Positions 47,001-59,000 of a DNA stretch of 64,000 nucleotides are shown here, one piece after another (positions within the stretch are counted from its first letter, which is position 1; every line of letters starts with the position of its first letter). A program made the translations under genes and the position numbers. The stretch is from Lingula anatina (taxonomy: Eukaryota; Animalia; Brachiopoda), in the NCBI GenBank assembly GCA_051362555.1, contig CM120643.1, positions 16,372,848-16,436,847 of the forward strand. Reading direction: 5' to 3'. The notes beneath the pieces are model-generated. The model saw only the letters and a list, made by a program, of their open reading frames with translations. It did no database searches and was not told the origin of the DNA.

Positions 47001-50000
47001 TCTACGACGCTGCCCAGACCTTCCAGTGCACGTGGCCGGCCCTGGTCTACGACTGTGCCAGTGACGGATCAAGATTGTGTATGATAACTTGGCTTTTTTA
47101 TTGTGAATTGTCTGAAGGATTTTATATTTAGAACAGTAATTAGTATACAAAAATCCTAACCAGGCTGTTTGTTACGTCCCAAATGTTTGGTTGTTGAGCA
47201 GATCGTAGGAAGTATTGTCAAGCGGCTAATATCAATTATGCCAGCTATAAGGACAGCACTGCAATGCACTGTATTTATCAAAACTCAGGGGTGGTTTCTA
47301 AGTAATATTTCATAAAGTTAAATTAGAAACGCATTACTTAAAAAAAAATTGGACACAACTATCTCGTAGTGAGCACCTTCATTCTAAAAACACTTGATGC
47401 AAAAACATTTTGTGTGCCCCTTTATTACTTCGCCGTAAATATGATATCACATTTACAAAGCTCTCATTGTTCATTTTAGCCACTACTCCCGGCCCCACCA
47501 CCATCCCACCGCCAACCACCACGCCCATTGACTGCGTGCCAAACGAGATAGTCGAGCACTGTGACTGCACCAAATTTTATAAGTGCAACGAAAACTCTGA
47601 ACCAAGGGAAATTCCCTGCCCCGGCGGCCTCCTCTTCAATGCCAGACAAAAGGCTTGCGACTGGCCGTACAATATGAGGAATCAGTGTGATCAGTCGAAT
47701 ACTAGAAGAACGTGCATCCAGACCACGCCGTACGCCGGACCCTCCACGCAGCCCACCATTGTCCCGACCACCACTCGGCGGACCACCACGACAGTAGCGC
47801 CTCTGCCGGTGCCAAGCCGTGAGGTCAGGTGCTTCAGAGGTATGGTATGAGAGCGAGAAAATGTTTGTTTTACTCAGTAGCCCTTAATTATTATTTTATT
47901 ATCAGTCATTTTGTCATAAAATGGTCTGAAATTTCCCATAGGGGTGTAAAAGATTAACAGACATTAACGGGACTATGGGTTTATGTTGTACAGTGCACGG
48001 TTTGTTAAAAAACCCTCTCACCACCACTGCACTAGCATAAGCATATATTAGCACTAACGTGCACAAAAATAAATATTTAAATATAAACGTGTAACTCATC
48101 ATACCGACTCAACCACTCCAGGTCTAACATCAGTGGCCCATCCAGACATGTGTAACGGCTATTACAGATGTATCGGAGACCGTGCGGTAGAACAGCGTTG
48201 CCCTGGTACTCTATTTTTCAACAGCCGCACCATAGCCTGTGATTTCCCACGGAACGTTGCCGACTGCTGCGCCGATGGCACGCGTATTCAACAAGGACAG
48301 CAATGCCCTAGGGTCGTAGCGACCACCATTCCGACGACCACGACCCGACGACCAACAACCCCTCGAGTGAACGTTGCTCCGGTGGTGAGTGAAGCTTTCA
48401 CGACGCCAGCGACGTGCGTGGTACGTCAATTCTATCCTCATCCAGACTGCAAAAGAGTCTACTTCTGCTGGACAGACGGCACTGTAAGAGAGACGGTTTG
48501 CGCCGCAGGGACGATGTTCGACGCGGTTGCAGGACGTTGCGCGAGCGAGGGAGACGTTTTGGCCAGTGGACAATGTGCCCCTGGCGGTACTAGACTTTCC
48601 GTAACAACTTCAACCTCCACAACTACGACCACTACCACAACTACAACCCCTCGCCCAACTACCACAACCACAACAACGACGACAACTACTACAACTCCCA
48701 CCACAACCACAACACCTACTACAACTACGACAACCCGTCCTCCCACTACACAGAGGGTAACCACCAAACGCGCTGCTCCTACCACTCCGCGTTTTGACTG
48801 CACAGGCCGAGGCACCAGACTCTACGAGGATCCGAACTCCTGCTTCGTGTATTACCAATGCCTCAATGGCGTCCTGAGAAACACGCTGAACTGCCCAGGG
48901 GGTCGCTATTTCAGTCAACCCAACCAGAACTGCCTGTCGTATAATTTCATGACCAGCTATTGCTCATTTGAAGGTGTCCGATTGATACGGGAAGATACTA
49001 CGACAACCACCACCACCACTACCGTGGCACCGTCCGCTCCAATATGCCAGCCCGGACAATTGTTTGCCCCCCACCCAGACACCTGTAAACAATATTACAT
49101 CTGCGTGCAGGATCAAGTCGGTGCACAAATGGCGCCAATAATCAGTGATTGTGCGGAGGGATACCTTTACGACGCCCAGGGCACGAGCTGTATGGATCCG
49201 GCCACCGTGCCAGGCCAGTGTGACCCCCGAACTGGCGCTAGACTTGCCATGACATGTAAGGGATGCTTTACACAAATTACCCGTTTTAAGTTTTTGACAC
49301 AAATTAAAGCCATGTAACAGTTACAAAACTCGTATTAACAGAAGAGTCTCTCTTTAACTTTAAAATACTTTTTAAGTATAAAAACTCCCTTGCAGTAATA
49401 AGCTGTGGCGATTCTCATGACATGAATATAATCCTCACACTATTCATATCTCGATAGCATCCCCGATAGACTCGACCTCAGCTTTTGCGTCTGCCACCCA
49501 AGCCACAGGCTCATCCGCCATGGAAGGGCCCTGCAGAGGGCAGTACAGACGCCCCAACTGGTGCACGGACACAGACTGCGCTTACAAGGCCACCTGGGAT
49601 TACAATGACCAGACAGACGATATCACTTTCACCCTCACTGCAACAATCGGTCTAGATCAGTGGGTGGCCATTGGATTTTCTACCGATAAACGTATGGTTA
49701 GTATCTAGCTTTGGGTTAGGATTTGGAATGATTACAAGTTCCGTGATTGCTTTGTCTTAGACAAATATTTGTTTAAAACTAGTTGAAATAAAATTATACC
49801 TTGAGAGTCATTGTGACAGAAGTCGCTCGTAGGATTATAGTGTGCAAACAACAGGCGAGGGTGCAACTGTGGCTACATGTTACCCACAAGGCTGTCATAG
49901 GTTTTGGAATAGCGCTGAGATGAGAAACGGACACTACATGTATATGTACACATTTTAGGTGGGAAGCGATGCTATCACTGCATATATCACCCCAGATGGA

Positions 50001-53000
50001 ATTGTGAGGGTTAGCGACAGGTAAGGAACAAACATCGATAATTCGAGTTTTGAGGTTTATAAAGGCGTTTAGGGGAAATTTTAGAGATAAATTGTGTGTT
50101 AGTGCACGCTTGCTTATACATGTATCACTTGAAATCGTCATTAACGCTGAGCGACTGGTGCCATAAATCTAGATTAATACAACAAAATTCACAACCACCA
50201 AATTCAACGACGCGACCAATGGATAATTTCATAATCATATTTCCTTGCACAGGTATATGTTTTTCAAAGAGGAACCAAGCAGCGACAGTCAGCAAGATCT
50301 GAGAAATATCCAGGGCCGATACGTGAACGGCCAGGCCATTTTCAGTTTTGTTAGGGCCAGAAACACGGGAGACGTAAGAGATTACGCCTTTAGTGATGAT
50401 GATTGTTATTACTTCCATTATGCGGCCGGCGGTGACGTGGTGAGGCGTCGTCTGCGGCATCACACATTTAAAACAACGTCAGAGGAAAAAATATGCATCA
50501 AAAGTTGCAGTAAGTATCTATTGCCTGAGTTTTGAATTTCTTTCAGTTTAAAATTTTAGTTCACTAGAGTTGACTAACGTGAGAAACAAATGTATTGTAA
50601 TTCACCAATACTCTGCTGTAGTTCTTTAGTCAATTTTAAAGGCACTTACATTTCGTTTAACTGCAGACTTAAAAAAAAACTTCAAAAACCCAGTTACTAA
50701 TTCAACATCAAAGAAGTGTTATCCATCTTCAACTTTTAACCGAATTTCTAATTTCATACTGAATCTTAATTTACCATCTTTTTTCTCAGATTTGAAAATG
50801 CCGATAACAAGCATGTTATAAATTTAATATTCTGTCTTATGATCTTTAGGTTAATTTCATCAATAATAGGTTCATTTCCAGGAATTATACTTTAATGCAA
50901 AATATCAGTTTATACAGACATATATAAAATGAAAGGTGATTTTGAACAGATTATATTAGTATGTTATCTATACTTTTAACAAATATCAGGTCGAGCAATC
51001 ATATTACCCAGTAACAGGGTAACACCTGCGCCAAACATGTTTACGCCTAGGGTAACACAACGGGTAACAACAACACAACCGACTACCACTACTACAACTC
51101 GCCCCACAACTACTACACGCCGTACAACTACCACTAGACCAACAACCACCACACGGCGCACAACCACAACAAGACCCACAACCACTACTACACGCCGAAC
51201 AACCACAACCCGACCCACAACCACCACACGGCGCACAACCACAACAAGACCCACAACCACTACTACTACTACACGCCGAACAACCACAACCAGACCCACA
51301 ACCACCACACGGCGCACAACCACAACAAGACCCACAACCACTACACGACAAACAACGACAACAAAGCCAACAACCACCACACGGCGCACTACCACAACAA
51401 GACCCACAACTACCACAAGAAGAACCACTACCCGACGTGTGACCCAGCGTACTCGCCAAAGGATTCTGCTGCGAACTACACCGCGTGGTAAGACATCGTG
51501 TTTCTTGTGCATGGAGAATGGACTCGACGTCATCTGGAGTCATTTTTTCTGTTCAAATAACACTTCGCATGGTTCTGTGACTGTCCTTTAATGCACGTTG
51601 ATGGAGCGTATCACGTTTGGTGTCTGTCTTCACGCCAATGTGTCAGCATTTTTGCAATAAAATGTGATATGGGTAAACCTGACTGACAGTCAGGTTGTTT
51701 CCATGTTTGGTTTATGGTTTTTCCATTCTAACACTATCCTTATCAATGTATAACAGTACCAAAGAAAATCTAATGACACATGTTTAGTGTTGTCACTGCG
51801 ATTCAGACGGAGTGGACGAAGTGTTACGTGTGCGGTTAGAGGTACCCTGCTGTAAAGATGATTCATATGAACCCATCTGTTCACAGCACAGACCAATTGT
51901 GTTGAAGGGAATTTCAGTTACGGCTCTGAAACACAGGGTGGTTATCGTACGGCATGATGTTGCCTCACGCTGCTTCCGAGGCAGTTGTATACAGGGATTC
52001 ATCTTTGAGATATTTGGTATCTTGTCCTTTTTACTGATGATCGTAAAATAGTGATCATAAAAATAGCACGTAGCCATGACGCAACACACATTGAATTGTG
52101 ACGTATTAAAGGTAAATTTAACCACCCACAAAGTGGTCATTGACATCAGTATGAAACAAAGGATACAAATATCTCAAAGATTGTTTGCATGCTTTTCAGG
52201 TTTGATTAAATGTCCCGCATTTTTCTTACTCCTTCGTGGTATGTGTTGTCTTTGGCAGTGTAAATCGTTTTTAGGTGGAACTTTGGGTTTTAAATCACAT
52301 GATGTCCTTAACATTCAGAATACATGTACACTCACCATTTTATCAACTTTCTATTTTTTTCAGTATATTATTCTTAAGCATCAATATACCCCCTTTAAGT
52401 ATTAATTTTTACCCACGTTTGTAATTCTACTCTGTAGAAATATTATATCATAGCTTTAACTATACTATTGCTACTGTAGTTTTAGTTCATAGCTTTACAT
52501 ATCAGCTTGCATATAGTTATCCATATTTCTCCCCGTTTATTATCTTATCCATTTATCTGCCAGTTTCTACCATGAGGTGTGATGACTTAAGACTGAAGTT
52601 CATGGTCAGGCTTCTCAAGGTGCTCTTGGAGCACACACACCGAAACCACTTTTTTGTTCATCTCATCAATAAAAAAATTGAATTCTTTTCACTCCAGCGA
52701 GCGGACCAGTGACCGCCTTTACTCGTGCCCCCACTCGCACACAACCCACGACCCCTGCCACAACCCGTACCCTACAGGCAGAGGCTACGACCAGAACTCC
52801 CGGCCCTACACTTGCTCCAGGGGCATCATGTAAGTAAAACAAGGAAAACAGATTACAAAACGGATTACGAAAGGCATTCATAAAAATGATATTCTGAATG
52901 CGCAATGCATAATGTCAAAAGGGGGGCACTGAATTTAGTGTCGATAGTGTCACGTTTCGTTTTTCAAAATCGATTCTGGCAAGCAGAAGCTAGTGTCGTT

Positions 53001-56000
53001 TTTAAAAAACGATTCTGTGAAAAGATGTCTTTTACTTCAAAACTGTCATGACAAATTAGGCTCAATTAGACAAATTAGGCTAGAAAATTTCGCCTCAGGA
53101 AACGATTTCAAGCGTTATAATAAAATCACCTGCTTATAAATGTTGTCTGCTGAATCATATCCCTATGAATATCCAGTAAATCCTTTCCCCTGCTTCGCAA
53201 CACACACCTTTATGCATGCCCTCTCGTTTACCACTATTGAGCAATAAAGGAATTACTCAAGTTATGAAACGTCTCAGTTCTTTGCAATCAAGACCTGTTG
53301 ACGACTGTCAAAACAGTCAAGAAAAGGAATTATTTTTGTACAAGAACTGAGATTGTTTGTATCTGCTTCATTACCATGCTACTTCATACCAATCGCCGTA
53401 TAAATATACAGTATTCATATATCATTTATCAAATACCCAGTACCTTACCTATACCTTACCCGGCCTCTTTCCTATAGATTGCTACGAGAAGGGTGACGGT
53501 TGGCATTCCGATCCCTGGGACTGTAGAGTAATTCACCAGTGTAGCCAGGGCATATACACCCGCCGCCAATGCTTCCAAGGTTATTACCTAAATGAGGATC
53601 GACAGCAATGTCAGCCACCCAATAATCTGAACGGAAAATGCAATGGTGATGGTTCAAGGATTCCCGAGCCCCTTACGTGCCCCAATATGAATATCAACCT
53701 CTTGTTTGTGCCACATCCTATGAACTGCTCGCTGTGGTACAGCTGTATGCAGGGTAGACCCACGGAGGCCAGAATGTGCATACAGAACTGGTACTCGTCT
53801 GTGAGTGGGTGCAAGCCGCGGGACGAAGTAACGGAGTGTAACGAGCACGGCACGCGAGCTGGCGGTAGGTATCCCCTGGGTTATGCATGGGCTAAAAAAG
53901 GGAGTGGCTCACTCTGTTGGTGGCGGTACCTGTATACTCGCTTATTAAAATTTTCAAGAAAATGTCTGGAAAAGTCGGTGTGCGTTCCTTTAAAGCAGCT
54001 AATAGTATTCGAGTTCTTCAGATTTCTTCAATATTTTTCACAATAAATATAGACCTTTATATTCACATAAATTATGCTTAGATATAATTTATTTTACCCG
54101 TTTGATTTGTTTTCAGCTGTTGTTCCACCATTCACAACAACACTTGAACCTCCCTCCACCACAGCACCAAGATATACAACCCCGACCACCACTCGCCCCA
54201 CGACCACAACAACACGTACAACGACAACAGGTAAGAGCAGTTTAGCAAATACTTTGCCTGATATAAATAAAAAAGCTAAGTGACAGAAGGCATTAATATA
54301 ACCTTTGTTTCGGAGTACTGACGACGTCCCCTCTATACACTAGCAAACACTTGCCGTTGCTTTCGTGTAAAGACATCAAGTTGGCTGAGAACATATAGAC
54401 GTGTCATTCTTAAAATTAGGACACTGTGTGAAACCTTGGTGTCAGAAAACATGTTTATGTAGAGTAAATGTCAATCCTTGGACATTAAGAGTGACGGCAA
54501 GCTTGCACTGGATATATGGGGAACATTGATAGTCAGTTCTCTGAAACTCAGGGCGAAAGCAGATGTATTATCTGCTGAATCTTCCTCCCAGGCGGATAAC
54601 GACATCATACTAGATGTCAATCATAACTTAAACCCACCCACAATTTTAATCGCCCCGCCTCCTAATACCTAGTTGTCAACGTTACTAACAGTTAACTAAT
54701 ACGGTGGATGATAAATGACGTTAAATGACGTCAACTGTTTTCGCACGCTCGTGGATGAGTGAACTCTTGGATATATGGATGCCGAACATTGCATCGGGAG
54801 TTTTGATATTGATGAAGGCATGGGCCATGATGGCACAACATTTATAAGAGACTGTGTTTTGACTGCTTTGGGCTCTTTACTAAGTTCTCTTTTAAACAAA
54901 AGCATGGAGAAGGATGTTTCCTTCTTTCACGGCATGGCGGCAAAATGGCCGCGTAAAATTTGTTTTCCAGATTTGTAACGTAACACTAACCGAATGGTTT
55001 TCACTTCTATCACGTTTGCAAAATAAAATGGATCTTGAGACCCTGATGTTTCAGCGTGAAGGGCTTATCTGTTCTTCTCAGCATGGTGTGCATTTCTGAT
55101 AATAATGAATCACCTTCCAATTTCAATTAAATGAATAACACAAAGTTTATCAAAACTATTAACCAACTTCTCTCGTGTCTTTCTGAATTTATGGAAGGGG
55201 TGGGGTTTTTTTTTCAACATAAAATGTTTTACGATTCCAGCAAAGAGGGCACTCCAATTCTAATAAGCATGACGTTAGAAGGGCGTTTCAATAAAAAAAC
55301 AAACCATCGTGTGACAAACTAATCTTTAACTGTCGATTAATTCCAAGTGTCCAAAAAATGAAATTAACACCCTATTTTAGCAACTGAAACAAGGCAGTTT
55401 CGTTTTACAAGACACAAACATGGCGGCAGTGTTAATTTGCGACTTGGCATGTACCAACGTTACATCAGCTGAATGTGCTAAATTAAATATCAAATTACAG
55501 TTATCTTCTTGACACTGATTTTATTATCACACGTAATAACATATTGCAAAAACTATTTTAATTAACATTCTTTTCAATTAACGTTAAAAAAAACTTCACG
55601 CTACATGCTAAATGCACACAATGAAGTCTCAAAGCATCAAATTTATCTCCGACCGTCAGCTAAGCCAGAATTCGACTGCACAAACAAGGGCAACCAGTGG
55701 TTCCCAGACGAAGACGACTGCACCATAGTTCACCAGTGCCGCAGTGGTGAATATTCCAAACTTAAGTGTCCACCAGGACGATTCCTTGACGCCAAAAATG
55801 CCATCTGCCAATCTGCAAGCACTTTGTATGAAGAGTGCACACCAACCGGGAAGAGAAGACCTGTCCCACTTCTCTGCCCCGCTGCCACCACGCTGTTCAT
55901 TCCACATCCCACGAACTGCAGTCTTTGGTACAGCTGTGTGAACTGGGCGCCTACAGAACCACAGCCGTGCATAGGCAACTATTTTTCCACGGGATCATCC

Positions 56001-59000
56001 TGCAGACCAAGAACCATTGTTAAAGAGTGTAATATATTTGGTGAACGCGTGGAGGGTGCGTATATCTTAAAGCGTGCCTTGCTTGCTTTTTTCCGTCTTG
56101 TTTTGATGTTTTGCTTGGTCTCTATCTATGAAGCTTAATGTGAACGCTCGTGTCAGAAGCTTTGCGCCTAAGCTTTGATGAAGTTATCTCCCCCCCCCCC
56201 CTCCCAGAAAAAAAGCTTCTTCAATTACATTTATCTTTTTAACAACAAAATATAAAGGAGAGCTTGCGTTGTTTATGTTGATGGATAAAGATTAATAGAT
56301 AGTATTTATTAGCTTAGTAAATGTTTAAAGAATTTTCCAAAAGGCAGAAAGGGTGCATCGATTTGGGCAGCGCGCAATCCCCATCTTCATTTCAGTTTTA
56401 TCCATGAACAACGTGTTCGAAAGGAACAAGTTATATCATTGTTTAAAGTATTGCAAAAGATCTTTAATCCAAACAGAACCAATAAACTCTGCCATACCCA
56501 CTTCAACGCTTCCCTGCTGCCAATTAAAATATTATTTTCATTTTTATATCATTCAAAACGGAAGGCTTTAATTGTTAGACTGTAATAGTGTTAATTTTTA
56601 CGTTCGAGCTGTAGCCTAGTATTACAGTATCGTAGTGTTATATTTTGCCCTGCCTACGTAGTTACCGTAGAAAATGCCTGCTTATTATAGTTAGAACGAC
56701 CACTCCCACTCCAACCACTAGACCTACCACTACTACGCCCAAACCCACCACCACCCGACGTACCACTACCACAAGAAGGACTACAACTACTCGAAGAACG
56801 ACGCCAGGTACAGGTAGGTTTATATGTGACATCACATGGCTTACCGTATATATTTTTGTGATCTTCACCCAGGAGAAAGAAACGTGTGACGTGCATCAGT
56901 CTACTTAAACTGTGCAAACAAGTTTCATGTTATTGGGTAGTTTTTAGTTTAGACGAGAAAGCAGAGCTTGCTTCTGGTGCTTGGTTAGAACTTATGTAGC
57001 GTAAAATGATGTTATTCTTTTAGCACATATCACAATACTTAGAAATCCGTAACAGAAGGATGAGGTATTAGATTTGCCATTAGTTTAGAAAATATAATGA
57101 TGTTTAAAGATCACTTTGTGCATACTGTATGCGTAATGTGAAGGAGGCAGATTTAACACGTTTCTCAACTAACGTAAATGCCATGTTGTTATACAAAATC
57201 AATAACCCTCGTCCGTACCAGAGTGTGAATATAATACAAATGACCCATTCATTATATTTACAAAATACTGATAAAATTTATTTTCTTTGTCAAGTATCTG
57301 TCACTTGAACGTATAACCAATATGTTTTCTGTTCTTCACAGCATTTAAATATTTTGATGTATCTGACAAAATGAAGTGCAACAAAAGCTCTTTTAATAAA
57401 AAGCGGAGTCGAAATAAAAAATCACAAAATTCTGGTAACAAAAACGACATGTCCAAAAAAACGTCAAGCTGGAGGGCGCAGAGATTCGATAAACAACATC
57501 TAAAAATACACTGATACAGGAGTTTTACATATTTCGCAGAGGTAATACTTACTTCTGAAACTTCGCTTTTTAGTCTCAATGGGCGGTAGAGTAGACGTAT
57601 GTAGCGGTGAACAGAAGACCCCGAGCACGTGCGGCAACACCGACTGTGCGTACCGCGTATCCTGGCAACTGAATGACGCCACTGATGAGATCAGATTCAC
57701 CCTAGAGGGCGCAAGACAAGGAGAATGGATGGGAATTGGATTCTCACAAGACAGGAAAATGGTATGATAAATACAAAAGACTTAATATGTTTTGTACGTC
57801 AACACTGTATGTGAAATACTGCACTTTGTTGTCGTTTTGTCATACACTGTATTTTGGTAACATTCAAGAGTGATATATTACACGTCTGTATCAGTTCAAT
57901 TTTTGACTGCACTTGATAAGGCCCTTTCACAGCATCCAGTATATTTTCATTTGACTAGTATTACAATTAATAATCTTTTTTGTTTTTTTTTTTTTTTTTC
58001 TTTCAGCCTGCAAGCGATGCAATGATAGCTTATTACAATAGCAACGGACAAGCAACGGTTAGCGACAGGTAAAAACAATTCCATATCATCATGTTGCCAG
58101 TAATATGATTCTTATTAACTGTCGGATTGTCAAATGGATTAAAAAATCAGTTTCATTTTAAACAGCTGGAGATAACATTTGACAACCCTTCTTTGAATGT
58201 CGCTGTTTTAATTACTTAAAACCTGTTAAATTACATATGAAAAAATTATCTTTCAGATGGATGTACGCCTATGCTAAGCCCACACCTGACACTTCCCAGA
58301 ACTTCAATGGCGTCTCTGGACAATTCGTTAATGGCCGAGCGTCCATTTCATTTAACCGTCCTCGTCGGACAGGGGACGGTGCCGACGTTCTATTCAGCGA
58401 CAATGCCTGTTACTATTTCTTATATTCCAAAGGAACTTTGTCTAACAGCGGCGACCTGAATTACCACAGTTTCAGAGCTGTGTCACAGGAAAAGATTTGC
58501 ATCAAATCATGCCAAGGTAATTTCCTTTGTGAATAGTATGATTGGATGTGGTTGATGTTGAGCAAATATTTACCTATTTTTAAAAAAATATTATCTCATT
58601 AGAGAATTGCATAAGAACTTAATAGGATATAATGTTAAAGTGATGTTGTAACGTAGATGACTATGTTTGCACTCAAAGGTATTAAGAGGTGGTCATAACA
58701 GCAAATAAAGACGGCTGTGTGCAGACAAAATGCATATTCACCTATGTTCAATAATAGTATTACCAAAAAGGTCAACTTAAGGTCACTATTTGTTTTCTTC
58801 AGGCTCCACCAGAACATCTCGACCGCCAGGTAAGCCCAAACCCTTGCTCAATGAATAAAATGGGACATTGTCTTAATAAATATATAAAAAGGCCTAAATA
58901 TATCAGTATATGTACAACAAATTTACGTATACTTAAACAATGCGTGATGTAATGAAACCAATAAGCTTTTCCTTGCAATGGTGCGGAAGGAACTTGCTGA

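Noticed and set aside
48459-48918. Val-rich hydrophobic and Cys/Gly-rich minus-strand ORFs (similar ones at 50976-51533, 56662-56868, 60565-61875)
   Set aside because: Antisense reading of poly-Thr tracts, not independent membrane proteins.
51079-51440. Regular ~36-nt repeats superficially like a CRISPR array
   Set aside because: No unique spacers, in-frame coding repeat in a spliced eukaryotic gene, and no cas genes.
51004-51543. Cys/Gly-rich minus-strand ORF resembling a metallothionein or keratin-associated protein (SCGSCCGCAPCGGC...)
   Set aside because: It is the antisense shadow of the ACN/CGN codon repeats of the Thr/Arg mucin exon, which has proper splice sites on the plus strand.
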